DNA of 52,753 bases from a virus (lineage: Duplodnaviria; Caudoviricetes): the IMG/VR virus record IMGVR_UViG_3300033153_007861, positions 1-52,753 of that record. One strand, written 5' to 3'. The translations under genes were made by a program, and so were the position numbers. The notes under the pieces were generated by a model that did not search any database, was not told the origin of the DNA, and saw only the letters and a program-made list of their open reading frames with translations. How positions within the stretch are numbered: the stretch's first letter is position 1; the number at the start of each line of letters is the position of its first letter. This document shows positions 9,501 through 19,347 of the stretch, one piece after another.

Positions 9501-10787
9501 TTATTCATATTTAGTTCCATTGTGATCTAATCTTGTAATAACTCTTTTGTAGTCAGGATGCTTCGCACCATTAATTGTAATGCCTTCAACACCTAATAAC
9601 ACTTTATCTCCAACATTACTTGTAATACTACCACTCATAGAACCACTTGGTATGATATATATTCTATCAGGAATAGCACTTGTATCACTATCTTTGTATG
9701 TTGTAATATAAAATGTATATTGATTATCAGTGTCAAGCAAGGAAACAATCGCATCCTCTAAGATAGTCGTCTTGTTTTCAATAAAAGTAAACCCTGAAAT
9801 ATCTACGGTTTTTTCGGTATAAGATTGTTCTATTTCATCCATATTGTTCAAGTAATCTGTTTGCTCTCCACCCTCTGCAATATTTATATCACCATCCATT
9901 AAAATGTTGCCAAAGCATTTTGCATCAGTTATAACCCCAGTAGAATCATTTATAATGCTTGTTATGTTTTGATCAGCACTTAGTAAATCAGATACATATA
10001 TTAATCCAGCACCTTTATATGTGAAATCAGTACCAGTCGCTCTAGTAATACCCAAATCAAGCATAAATACTTCTTTAGGTGTCCATTCAGAATATATTCT
10101 AGTAGCATAATTAGAGAATGTTTCAGTAAATGCACTTGTCTTATGCTTTAATTCAAAATAATCTAATGTTGCTGAATAAGGCTCTCCCAATGCTCCGCCA
10201 CCGACATATTGTGTAGTCCCTGTTCCAGTAATAGTAAGAGCTACAGGCCCGTCAAATGCACCACCGTTTAAAATCACTCCAACATCTCCATCATATAAAA
10301 GCTCAAATCCAACACTACAATTATCTTTATATACATAACCATCAACATACGATTTAGCAACACCGTCATATATAAAAATTTTCACTTGTCCTTTTGGATC
10401 AGCATTCCATGTAGCTAACTCACCAGCAGAACTGATTTGCGAACCATCTATATGAGCTTCAAATCCAATTGAGCAATTATATAACAAGCTCGCACCATCA
10501 AATAAAAATTGATCTACACTGTGATCGTCAACTGTATTAATAGTCCAATTCAAAGCTAATCTAGTGAAATCACCTGCGGTATAACTTTTTACAAATGCTA
10601 AACTTGTATTTGCATCTGCACCCCAACTAGCATTACCCTCGTATCCTGCAAATGCTTCATCATTTTTGTTTGATTTAAAACTCTTGCCAGCTTCATCAGT
10701 AATACTTACTGTCTCTCCGTCACTAATTAAATTACCAATTCCGTATTTAGGACTTATAACAACACTTGAGTCCGTAAAAACTCCCAT
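9501..10787 (-). CDS. Tail-tube paralogue with ~240-aa N-terminal accessory domain
   Basis: C-terminal ~185 aa share KGAG(L/I)(I/V)YV, C(F/L)GN, FIE.KT and TSN(V/I)G.KVLL with 8905..9480. Confidence 0.6.
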   Translation of the reverse strand: MGVFTDSSVVISPKYGIGNLISDGETVSITDEAGKSFKSNKNDEAFAGYEGNASWGADANTSLAFVKSYTAGDFTRLALNWTINTVDDHSVDQFLFDGASLLYNCSIGFEAHIDGSQISSAGELATWNADPKGQVKIFIYDGVAKSYVDGYVYKDNCSVGFELLYDGDVGVILNGGAFDGPVALTITGTGTTQYVGGGALGEPYSATLDYFELKHKTSAFTETFSNYATRIYSEWTPKEVFMLDLGITRATGTDFTYKGAGLIYVSDLLSADQNITSIINDSTGVITDAKCFGNILMDGDINIAEGGEQTDYLNNMDEIEQSYTEKTVDISGFTFIENKTTILEDAIVSLLDTDNQYTFYITTYKDSDTSAIPDRIYIIPSGSMSGSITSNVGDKVLLGVEGITINGAKHPDYKRVITRLDHNGTKYE

Positions 10788-10815
10788 TTAATACTCCCTT
10801 CCTTGATTTAAATAT

Positions 10816-10840
10816 AAAAAAAAGGGGTATTACCCCCTTT
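10816..10840 (-). terminator. Rho-independent terminator after the major capsid gene
   Basis: AAAGGGGG-TAATA-CCCCTTT followed by a T run on the minus strand. Confidence 0.75.
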
Positions 10841-10848
10841 ATAACTAT

Positions 10849-11805
10849 CTATGCTATTACGCCTTCAAGAACCAAAATATTTAATGGGTTCTTAATTAAA
10901 AATCCATAAGAAGCATCCATCCATATTTTGTAATCACCTAAGGCTCTATCTACTGTGTGGTTTTCTGTCACCAAATCCCTCATCACAAAAGGAATTGTAC
11001 CTGTTTTCCATTTAGACCAAGTAAGATGATTCATGCCGTCTCTGTTTCTAATAGACACATTCGGTGATTTGTGCATGATATACATATTCTTGTCACCAGT
11101 CCATACATTACCGATACTATCCTTATTACTATCAGGAGTATCAAATATAACTACTTTAGATACCATATTGCCAAATACTTTATCTCTAATCATGTTTTCC
11201 AGAGCATTACCGTTAACATCCCATTTATAATTAAGCATGTCAGTAAAATCAAATCTTGTTCTCAAGACTGCAACTACATCTCTTGGAACACCAACAATAA
11301 GATTATCCCTATTTACTAACTTGTCTAAATATGCAGTATATACCCCAAGAATATTATCCGCAGTATCTAATCTGTCAGCACTCGCAACAGTTTGTGTATT
11401 AGTTATTCCAGCCAATGCAGTTTTAAATGCTACTTCATTTTTGAAATCATAGGCATCAATCAAAGTTTTACTTAAAAATATTTTCTCATCTCTTTGTTCC
11501 TTACTGTCCATCTCGTCCCATTCTAAAGCATCGATTTTTTCACCATCATCAAATATTGAAAGAGAGTATTCTAAACTATCTTTCTCTACTGTACCAAACA
11601 CTCTTGAGTTAGTTCCAGAAGATTTTAAATCTGCAACACGAGCTGCTTGTAATTTTCTCACTGCTTGTTTCAATTTACCCTTTCTATCCTTAACAGATAG
11701 TGAAGATAAAAAATTATTGTAAGCAAAGTTGTTATTAAAATACCCTATTGATCCCAGGTATTCAGGCAACCATTTTATTGGTCTTGCTATGTTATTTGTA
11801 CTCAT
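10849..11805 (-). CDS. Major capsid protein
   Basis: 318 aa, after the protease and decoration genes, followed by a terminator. Confidence 0.7.
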   Translation of the reverse strand: MSTNNIARPIKWLPEYLGSIGYFNNNFAYNNFLSSLSVKDRKGKLKQAVRKLQAARVADLKSSGTNSRVFGTVEKDSLEYSLSIFDDGEKIDALEWDEMDSKEQRDEKIFLSKTLIDAYDFKNEVAFKTALAGITNTQTVASADRLDTADNILGVYTAYLDKLVNRDNLIVGVPRDVVAVLRTRFDFTDMLNYKWDVNGNALENMIRDKVFGNMVSKVVIFDTPDSNKDSIGNVWTGDKNMYIMHKSPNVSIRNRDGMNHLTWSKWKTGTIPFVMRDLVTENHTVDRALGDYKIWMDASYGFLIKNPLNILVLEGVIA

Positions 11806-11813
11806 TTCCCCCC

Positions 11814-12230
11814 CTATGTAAGCTTATATGCTAATTGACAAAAATATTCAGTGTATAATGTGTCATCTTGATACCAACTGTGTGATTCAGGTAAAGATGT
11901 TATTGTTCCAACTTCAATAGTACCTGCATCAGTTGTCCCCTTATCAACTATTAAACCGTTTTCATCAATAACAGCTTTTGTACCAACTGTCACATCAGTA
12001 GATTTACAATGAACCATAACGAGCATTCCATCCTCTGTTAATACAGATAATGTCTCGGCAGTAAGATAAGTGTGTTTATCTCTATTTAGTGCATCAACAC
12101 CAGTTTCATCAGCAACAGTTACTTTTCCTGCAGCAGTATATTTTACAAATTGTCTTGCTTTGATACCACCATCGCTTATATACGCTGGAGCTTCCTTTGT
12201 AGTTTGTGCGCTTTCTTTCCAAGCCATCAT
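11814..12230 (-). CDS. Head decoration/capsid cement protein
   Basis: Small beta-rich protein between protease and capsid genes (RQFVKYTAAGKV...). Confidence 0.6.
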   Translation of the reverse strand: MMAWKESAQTTKEAPAYISDGGIKARQFVKYTAAGKVTVADETGVDALNRDKHTYLTAETLSVLTEDGMLVMVHCKSTDVTVGTKAVIDENGLIVDKGTTDAGTIEVGTITSLPESHSWYQDDTLYTEYFCQLAYKLT

Positions 12231-12237
12231 ATCCTCC

Positions 12238-13323
12238 TTATTTATCCTCTACTTTGTCTAATATTTCCATTGCTTCTTCATGATCAGGTTTCCTATTATG
12301 TTTCTTTATAAAAGCATTATATAAACCCGAATATGTATTTTCACTAAACTCTTCTTTTTCAATATCCTGATTCTTCATTTCTCTTGCAGAAAATCCATCA
12401 AGTATTAAATCAACAACCTCAAGACCCATTGAATTGCGAGCATTAATCAAGTTTTCTAATTCTTTTTCAGTACCATCTTCTTCTGTTTTAAGTGTAATAC
12501 CACGAGCGTTAACTAAAGCTTGCACTTCATTTCTAACTCTTAATTCATTAGCAACTTTAAGATCTTTCTTTACTGCAACATACTTCTCGGCAATTTCCTT
12601 ATTTGTCAATTCAAGCTCTCTTACTCTCGCTTGAGCTACTTCTAGTACATTTGTTGGTTTATCAACATTACCATCTTCCTTCTTTCCTTTAGGCATTAAA
12701 TCCCCCTTTTGTATTTTTGTTACACCACGATTCTGTAACATATTAGTATGACGCACTTTTGAAAAATTAGTATTATCACTTTCATTCATTATTCCAGTTA
12801 TTATACCTAACTCTAGTGCTTCATTTGTATTCAAGAACCAGTTTTTACCTTTAACATGATCCAATAATTCCTGACCGTTCATTTTAGTGTTTTCAGAAAG
12901 CAAGTCAAACAATTTACTTTGTAGTACTTCTGCTCTTTCAATACTATCTTTTTGCTCGCTTACAGTTCCGTAATTACCACCTGATACTTCATGTATCATT
13001 ATACTTGTTGAATTAGTCATGTATCTTTCATCCCCAAGAGAGAGAAGTACTGATCCAGCCGACATTGCAACCCCAAAAGCTACCGTCACCAATTTGTTAT
13101 CCATAGCTTTAAGTGCATCAACAAAACCAAACATTGGTTCAATATAACCACCATACGAATTAATGACCAAGTACACATCGTCTTTATAACCGTTATCAAG
13201 TATTTCACCAAGCCTATTCGTAGCCTCTTTCACCGAGTATTCATCTACATTATCAAAAAATAATATTGACTTATCCATATTAATATCCGTGAACTTTAAC
13301 AATTTTACACCCCCTAACTCCAT
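12238..13323 (-). CDS. ClpP-type prohead protease with C-terminal scaffold region
   Basis: INSYGG, GVAMSAGS (catalytic Ser), IMIHEVSGG and EALELGII motifs; coiled-coil C-terminus. Confidence 0.9.
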   Translation of the reverse strand: MELGGVKLLKFTDINMDKSILFFDNVDEYSVKEATNRLGEILDNGYKDDVYLVINSYGGYIEPMFGFVDALKAMDNKLVTVAFGVAMSAGSVLLSLGDERYMTNSTSIMIHEVSGGNYGTVSEQKDSIERAEVLQSKLFDLLSENTKMNGQELLDHVKGKNWFLNTNEALELGIITGIMNESDNTNFSKVRHTNMLQNRGVTKIQKGDLMPKGKKEDGNVDKPTNVLEVAQARVRELELTNKEIAEKYVAVKKDLKVANELRVRNEVQALVNARGITLKTEEDGTEKELENLINARNSMGLEVVDLILDGFSAREMKNQDIEKEEFSENTYSGLYNAFIKKHNRKPDHEEAMEILDKVEDK

Positions 13324-13811
13324 ACTTTATTTAATTTTACACCATCACCCACCAATTTCGGACTAGCATTGTCTGGGTAATTATTTTTACCCAATGCTTT
13401 AATCATACCAATAGCTTCATTTCTATCTATTATAATCAATGAATTAACCTCTGATATATCACTTAATGTAGCCCATCCACTCAAACTAATTTCAGCCATG
13501 GCAATTTTTAATACTAATGTTTTAAATATGTCACTACTGCTAGCTAAAGATGATTTAATATACTGATACATATAAGCATGAGCATCATTAATCCCTGCTT
13601 GTGTCCTGCTCGCTATAATATTCAATAACCTAATCTGTTCAGCTGTTAAATCACCATCTAAAGGCTCACTATTAAATATTTTTCGTAAATTAGAATCTAT
13701 TTTCTCTATAGTTATATCCCCAAGATCCTCATAAGCCAATAGGCAAAAATTAGATATGGTTTGAGTAGAATATTTATCTAGTACATTTATACCTGTTATT
13801 ATCATATCCAT
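13314..13811 (-). CDS. Putative head-tail adaptor (Mu gp36-like)
   Basis: INDAHAYM...LVLKIA...RNEAIGMIKAL pattern; position among head genes. Confidence 0.45.
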   Translation of the reverse strand: MDMIITGINVLDKYSTQTISNFCLLAYEDLGDITIEKIDSNLRKIFNSEPLDGDLTAEQIRLLNIIASRTQAGINDAHAYMYQYIKSSLASSSDIFKTLVLKIAMAEISLSGWATLSDISEVNSLIIIDRNEAIGMIKALGKNNYPDNASPKLVGDGVKLNKVWS

Positions 13812-13835
13812 AACTTACTCCTTAAAAATTTGCAT

Positions 13836-13872
13836 AAAAAAAATAGCAAGATTAAATTAATAACCTTGCTAT
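13836..13872 (-). terminator. Terminator downstream of the tRNA cluster
   Basis: ATAGCAAG...CTTGCTAT stem followed by a T run. Confidence 0.75.
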
Positions 13873-13934
13873 ATATATTATTACCAATCTCTATTACACT
13901 TCCACGATAGGTACGATTAGTTAGTCTTATTACA

Positions 13935-14009
13935 TGGTTGAGGTATCAGGATTCGAACCTGAAAATACTGGAATCAAAGTCCAGTGCCTTGCCGTTTGGC
14001 GATACCTCA
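13935..14009 (-). tRNA. tRNA-Gln(TTG)
   Basis: TGAGGTA acceptor stem, CTGGA-CTTTGAT-TCCAG anticodon arm, GGTTCGAATCC T-arm, encoded CCA. Confidence 0.95.
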
Positions 14010-14023
14010 ATTTATATATAAAA

Positions 14024-14100
14024 TGGAGACGATACCCAGAATCGAACTGGGAAAAATAGATTTTGCAGATCCACGCCTTTACCAATTTAGCCATATCGCC
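14024..14100 (-). tRNA. tRNA-Cys(GCA)
   Basis: GGCGATA acceptor stem, anticodon loop CTGCAAA, GTTCGAT T-loop, encoded CCA. Confidence 0.93.
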
Positions 14101-14111
14101 GTATATAAAAA

Positions 14112-14197
14112 TGGCGGAGAGTATAGGACTCGAACCTATAAGAGTGATTAGCTCGGTAGTTTTCAAGACTACTGACTTACCATTAGCCTAACTCTCC
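14112..14197 (-). tRNA. tRNA-Ser(TGA)
   Basis: GGAGAG acceptor stem, GTAGT-CTTGAAA-ACTAC anticodon arm, long variable arm, GCCA end. Confidence 0.93.
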
Positions 14198-14214
14198 GAA
14201 TATACTGTTGATTT

Positions 14215-14266
14215 AAAACAAAAGCCTACGAGTAAGTTTTATTCATATTTCTTACTCGTAGGCTTT
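14215..14266 (-). terminator. 16-bp hairpin/terminator upstream of the tRNAs
   Basis: AAAGCCTACGAGTAAG...CTTACTCGTAGGCTTT followed by TGTTTT. Confidence 0.7.
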
Positions 14267-14275
14267 GTCAATATA

Positions 14276-14304
14276 AATATAATACTTACCTACTTGAAAG
14301 TCAA
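14276..14304 (-). promoter_or_regulatory. Sigma70-type promoter with AGGTAAGTAT spacer element
   Basis: TTGACT-17 bp-TATATT. Confidence 0.7.
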
Positions 14305-14312
14305 GTATTATT

Positions 14313-14699
14313 TTAGGTTGTTTCTAATTCCATTACAAATACAACTTGATTTCCTTCATTGTTCGGATATATTGATACTATTTCCGCAAATAAATTCTTG
14401 TTTATTTCACCTTTAATTTTCGCCACAATTCCCATGGCATCCGCTGTTGTTTTTTCTACATTCGCATTTACATTCATAACAATACTAATACTAGCATTAG
14501 CACTCATAACAAAATTATTATTATTTAATTTCGATACATTAATATTAACAGAGTTGCTTGTATAGCTATGTAATATTTCTAATAATTTATTCTCGTCATA
14601 ATAGGTTTGCTTTAGCTTGACTGACTTACTCTCAATCACAGGCTTTATCATATTGTAAATTTTATTACTAAATGCTTTCATGTCCATTTCCATAATCAC
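14313..14699 (-). CDS. Putative tail completion/terminator protein
   Basis: Position after the virion morphogenesis gene; overlapping start/stop. Confidence 0.4.
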   Translation of the reverse strand: MIMEMDMKAFSNKIYNMIKPVIESKSVKLKQTYYDENKLLEILHSYTSNSVNINVSKLNNNNFVMSANASISIVMNVNANVEKTTADAMGIVAKIKGEINKNLFAEIVSIYPNNEGNQVVFVMELETT

Positions 14700-15172
14700 C
14701 CCTTCATAATACCTTTAAACTCTATTTCTAAAAATGTACCTAATTCTTGAACAATAATATCTTCGATCTTCTTTTGTTCATGTGTCGTTAAATAATAAAA
14801 TTCTCTTTTAGGTACTACACTTTTTTTTGAAAACACTGTTTTTCCAGCTAATTCATACCTCAATACCTTTTTTCTTACAGGTTTAACCGTATAACCTTTA
14901 TGGTGAGCCAATGCTCTTTTCATAGTAGATCCAATCACAACACCATATCTTCGCTTATACCATTTAATATTATTGTACATTTTACCCGTATCGTACAGTG
15001 TGGTACCACCAGTTAATTTTGCACGAATAGATTTTGTCCAAGGATATCTACTTCCACGACCCTCGTAATCAATATGTCTACGAATCCTACCCTGTACATA
15101 TACACCTAGTTTCTCACTCAATATACCCATAATGAACTTTTTATTTCGCTTAGTTTGTCGCATAAAGCTCAT
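14696..15172 (-). CDS. Phage virion morphogenesis protein (Mu gpG-like)
   Basis: Basic protein with TLYDTGKMYNNI...VIGS...HHKG...VPKREF pattern. Confidence 0.75.
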   Translation of the reverse strand: MSFMRQTKRNKKFIMGILSEKLGVYVQGRIRRHIDYEGRGSRYPWTKSIRAKLTGGTTLYDTGKMYNNIKWYKRRYGVVIGSTMKRALAHHKGYTVKPVRKKVLRYELAGKTVFSKKSVVPKREFYYLTTHEQKKIEDIIVQELGTFLEIEFKGIMKG

Positions 15173-15180
15173 ATTTCCCC

Positions 15181-16020
15181 CTAAAAATCACTCAACTTCT
15201 TATCATACATATACTTATAATTATCAACTAAAGATTCCATGTTTTCTAATTTGAAGTCAAAACCTATATCTGGTAAAATAAATACGGATTGCTTTGATAA
15301 TAATGTTTCTTGAATATCACTTTCGTTAAACTCGCCTTGCTCTAGTGGTTCAAGATAAGACCTACAGTTAAAATGATTAGGCGGTGCTATTAATTCAGTA
15401 ATACTATCACCAACTCTAAATATCTTTCCATTATAACTTCTACAAAATTCAGTAGTTCTATTGTCTAAAGTAGCAGTGTACCTAACTGCTGGATATTTAT
15501 CTTTATTTTGTACAATCTCAAAATAATAAGCAGCTTGAAACAACTTGACAGCATTCGAATCAACAATGCCTAATAACTGCCTTTTATCAATAGCATACTT
15601 TTCTAATTCTTGTCGCACAACATCCCAACCTTCTGGTATTGACTCTGAAATCTTTTCGACATTGTCCAATAATGTCATCTTTGACACTTGGGAACTATGC
15701 TTAGACATATCTTTAATTTGCTTATGAATTTTCTTAAATTTACTCTCGGTTATCAAATCATTATCTATAGCGATATTCTTTAAGGTATTGTAATTTCCAT
15801 TAAGATTAAATTTCTTTACAGATAATCCATAAACCATCAATAAAGCATATAGATACGAATTTATCATTATATTTTCTATCTCAGTATCTAAACTATCGTC
15901 TAACTCGTCAAGCAAATATTCTTTATTAAATTCAGACTTATTGGATATAAGCTCAATATACCTGTCCATTATTTTCTCTATATTATCCAGCGGATATTTA
16001 TCTACAATTAAGTAAAACAC
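15181..16020 (-). CDS. Minor head protein (MuF/SPP1 gp7 family)
   Basis: YTATLDNRTTEFC...PPNHFNCRS signature. Confidence 0.88.
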   Translation of the reverse strand: MFYLIVDKYPLDNIEKIMDRYIELISNKSEFNKEYLLDELDDSLDTEIENIMINSYLYALLMVYGLSVKKFNLNGNYNTLKNIAIDNDLITESKFKKIHKQIKDMSKHSSQVSKMTLLDNVEKISESIPEGWDVVRQELEKYAIDKRQLLGIVDSNAVKLFQAAYYFEIVQNKDKYPAVRYTATLDNRTTEFCRSYNGKIFRVGDSITELIAPPNHFNCRSYLEPLEQGEFNESDIQETLLSKQSVFILPDIGFDFKLENMESLVDNYKYMYDKKLSDF

Positions 16021-16025
16021 TTTCC

Positions 16026-17348
16026 TTAACGAGGCAATCTTTTTTTTTTAAGCAACTCATCAGAAGCATTTCTTAAACCTAAATTAACTTGTTCAGTATT
16101 TAAATCCTCTTCAATGGATATATCTTCAATATCGCTCTCGTCCTCAACAAGACTTGCAATATCAATATTAAACTCATCTGCCACATACTGTTTATTAACC
16201 TTTATCCCAGTAGCCTCATAAACTCCCTTCAATAACAAAGCTTTCTCATGTAGATCTTTTGGCATTTCCAACATAAAATAATCATTCGGAACTTCAAAAG
16301 ATGTATTGAAATTAGCATGAATGAACTTATTAATCAAGCTATTTAAAATATTATTTACAAATCTCATGTCGTCCTTGACCTTATTCTCACCTACCATAGA
16401 CAATTTAGCTGTAGCTGTAGATCTCGTCCCATATCTCTCTTGTTCAGTACCTGCTCCAGTCCCTAAAATTAATTGAGCTAATTGATCATAATTGAATCTC
16501 AAAAACTTCTCAAAACTATCAGTAGGTCTCGTGTCATTAGGTATAGATTTAATGGGGAACTTTTTGTCATCACTACTTGGTGCACTAACAATAGCTATTC
16601 TATCATTCACATATTGATCTAAAGCCTTAACAGCATTTTTATAATCCTCTGAATTTTCGTCTGTATTCCCACTGGTTAATACATAAAAAATGCTTGGTTT
16701 ACCATATAGTTGATTCTTATTAATCCAATCTCCTATTGTCCAATAATTTGCAATAATAAGTTTAAGAGCAGGTGTCAATAATATTCTATCATTTATTAAA
16801 TCCTCTATTATCAATATATTATCACCGTCAATCTTATTTTTTACCTCATACTTATACGCATTTTGTCTATATATATAATATTGATCATTTTCAGGATTTT
16901 TTTCGAAAAATCTCTGATCATGCTCATTAAATGCACCAACAGGATATAATTTACCGTTTATTCTCTGAATATTCATTTCAGCGACACTAAAGCTTCTTAA
17001 TCTTGCATTAATAATTATATCTATTAAATCAGGCAAATATATCTTTTTGATAAAATCCTTAACATAACTCTTTATGCTACTAGGTGTATTATCGGGCGGA
17101 TTCAATGTGAAATTCAAACTCTTAATAGCACTCTTTCTATTCTGAATAAGAGATGAAACTTTCAAGTCATTATCTGCTATAGATGCAAATAGTGACTGCA
17201 ACTGTATAGAATGTCCATAAATATATTTATCGCTATCCGCCCTCATAGCATCGTCTACTTTCTTGGGTGTAATGTCTGATTGTAAATAATATAACATTTC
17301 ATCCAATAACTTCTTCTCATTCCTCTTTATCTTCTTGCTTATATCCAC
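16026..17348 (-). CDS. Portal protein (Mu gp29/DUF935-like)
   Basis: Follows TerL; DLKVSSLIQNRKSAI, FSVAEM, YGKP and LAQLILG motifs. Confidence 0.8.
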   Translation of the reverse strand: MDISKKIKRNEKKLLDEMLYYLQSDITPKKVDDAMRADSDKYIYGHSIQLQSLFASIADNDLKVSSLIQNRKSAIKSLNFTLNPPDNTPSSIKSYVKDFIKKIYLPDLIDIIINARLRSFSVAEMNIQRINGKLYPVGAFNEHDQRFFEKNPENDQYYIYRQNAYKYEVKNKIDGDNILIIEDLINDRILLTPALKLIIANYWTIGDWINKNQLYGKPSIFYVLTSGNTDENSEDYKNAVKALDQYVNDRIAIVSAPSSDDKKFPIKSIPNDTRPTDSFEKFLRFNYDQLAQLILGTGAGTEQERYGTRSTATAKLSMVGENKVKDDMRFVNNILNSLINKFIHANFNTSFEVPNDYFMLEMPKDLHEKALLLKGVYEATGIKVNKQYVADEFNIDIASLVEDESDIEDISIEEDLNTEQVNLGLRNASDELLKKKRLPR

Positions 17349-17357
17349 TTAAGCCTC

Positions 17358-18956
17358 CTATCCAAATTTTCGATTCCTCAATAAACTATTTTTAGGTAAA
17401 TCATATACTTTTGTAATCATATTCATTGATGCCAACATATCAACAAGCCCTACAACACTATCGGGAGCATCATCATGCTTAGCCTTACCTATCCTTGTAA
17501 TAGCCTGCATATTCTTATAAAATGTAGCATATTGCCCGTATCGATCATACCCCTTGTCAGATTCATCAATAAACCAACAAGTTCTCTTCACTTCTCCAGC
17601 AGCCATAATGATTCTACCTAATTTATTACCCATATTCTTTACGGTATCAACTTGACAAAAGTGAGTTGCCTTGCCTTTATTTTTTGAAAGCATATTAATT
17701 ACATCTATTGCTCGCCTTAATTCAATTACAAATCTTGACCCATCATTATTTTCTTCAACTACAATATTTTTTATTTTATGCTCAAATATTTTATCAACAA
17801 TAACAGGAATCGTGTCTTCTATAGGGTCTTGTGTGAACACCACATCATGAATATATAATTGTATATGATTAAACACCGACCCTTCTTTAGGGACTACCAT
17901 CTTGGCTATAGGCATACTTAAATAATCAATACCTTTATCAGCAACATCAATATAAGCAACATTCCTGCCGTCTTTTGGCATACGATGTAAAAGAAATTTG
18001 TTTAAACTTTCGTCAGGAAAAATCTTACTTAAAGCATCTATAGGTTTCTGCATATATTCTGCTGCCCATACCACTGGATCAATAGTGTCTTGTAGTTCTA
18101 TGTATTGTTCAGTGGTTCTACTGTACTCACAATAGCTTTTTCCGTTTTCATCCAATGCAGGTATAATTATTTCTTTATCGTAATAAGGTACTCCTTTTTC
18201 ATTTCTAACTCTACGGGATAATGTCCCTATTAAATCTTCCTTGTGCCATCTTGTACCAATATCAATACGCCTAACATTAGGATTGCCAAATCTACTTGTG
18301 TGAGAACCATCAAACCATGTTATAACATTCTCTCTTACACTATCTGAACTTGCTTTAATGAAATCAGGAAAAACATCATCAGTAATTGCATAAGCATTAG
18401 CACCGAACCCAATAATATTACCACCTACACCATTACCAAAGTAATAACCTTGACTTACATCACCATCTAATTCACCATTTTGCTTGTATTTAATAACTCT
18501 CCAATTTGCTAATCCCTGCTGATTTGGATCTAATCGCACCAACGGAAATACTTCTTGAAATCTCTTTGATCTTACTATATTCCTAATGTCTCTTGCAAAT
18601 TTATTATACAAATCTGAATTACAAGTATTTCTCATTATTGCCAAATCAGGATTTATACCAAAAGACCTACTTACAAATATTGAAATAATATAAGATTTGC
18701 CAGCTCTAGGAGGTAATGATAATGCTATTCTCTCCCATTCACCATCTTCCATCTTCTGTAGTGCTTCTATAACTTCAACCAAATATGGTCTTTTTATTAA
18801 ATCAAAGAAATCACTATCCATATATTGCACATATCCTAAAACGGATTCCCTAGCTTTTTGAAGTTTTAATTCTTTAGTGAGTTTTTTCAATCTAACAACA
18901 GTGCTTTTATTCATCTTGTTCAATTGAAGCACCTCCTTCTTGGATGATTTTTCCAT
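17358..18956 (-). CDS. terL: Terminase large subunit
   Basis: LPPRAGKS Walker A, ITDD Walker B, GTRWHKEDLIG, YMQKP, YIDVAD and HDDAPDS nuclease motifs. Confidence 0.95.
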   Translation of the reverse strand: MEKSSKKEVLQLNKMNKSTVVRLKKLTKELKLQKARESVLGYVQYMDSDFFDLIKRPYLVEVIEALQKMEDGEWERIALSLPPRAGKSYIISIFVSRSFGINPDLAIMRNTCNSDLYNKFARDIRNIVRSKRFQEVFPLVRLDPNQQGLANWRVIKYKQNGELDGDVSQGYYFGNGVGGNIIGFGANAYAITDDVFPDFIKASSDSVRENVITWFDGSHTSRFGNPNVRRIDIGTRWHKEDLIGTLSRRVRNEKGVPYYDKEIIIPALDENGKSYCEYSRTTEQYIELQDTIDPVVWAAEYMQKPIDALSKIFPDESLNKFLLHRMPKDGRNVAYIDVADKGIDYLSMPIAKMVVPKEGSVFNHIQLYIHDVVFTQDPIEDTIPVIVDKIFEHKIKNIVVEENNDGSRFVIELRRAIDVINMLSKNKGKATHFCQVDTVKNMGNKLGRIIMAAGEVKRTCWFIDESDKGYDRYGQYATFYKNMQAITRIGKAKHDDAPDSVVGLVDMLASMNMITKVYDLPKNSLLRNRKFG

Positions 18957-19347
18957 TCGTAAGAGAAGCTATTTCTTTCAGTAGCGAATCAATATCGCCA
19001 TCTGCTTCACTTAATACAATATCTTTATCCTTTGTTGACCACCCTTGTTGAATTAACTCCAATTTAACCATTGATTGGGGTATAGTATTATCTAAGCCAC
19101 CTCTTTCAACTCCAGACTCTTTCTTGTTGTGACATAATAAGATTAAATTCTGCAATGCTGGAACTCTCATAAATTCATCAAATGAAATGCCACTAAGAGA
19201 TGTAAATTCCTTAATAATTGGAATAGGGGTTTCCTGAATGTACTTATAAAAGTTTTTTCCTAAGTCATCGATGTCATCGTTCGTAATAAACTGCTTACCT
19301 ATTTGACCCCATTCACTTACCTTTGGTAGACTTACCATTCTCTTCAT
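18907..19347 (-). CDS. Putative terminase small subunit
   Basis: Directly upstream of and overlapping terL; 146 aa. Confidence 0.6.
   Translation of the reverse strand: MKRMVSLPKVSEWGQIGKQFITNDDIDDLGKNFYKYIQETPIPIIKEFTSLSGISFDEFMRVPALQNLILLCHNKKESGVERGGLDNTIPQSMVKLELIQQGWSTKDKDIVLSEADGDIDSLLKEIASLTNGKIIQEGGASIEQDE

Noticed and set aside
13930-14166. 78-aa ORF in the track
   Set aside because: Overlaps three well-formed tRNA genes.
13935-14197. Suppressor tRNA or genome-wide stop-codon reassignment
   Set aside because: Anticodons are TTG, GCA and TGA (Ser, reads UCA). TAA, TAG and TGA all end genes normally, so the UGA at 8905 is a local case.
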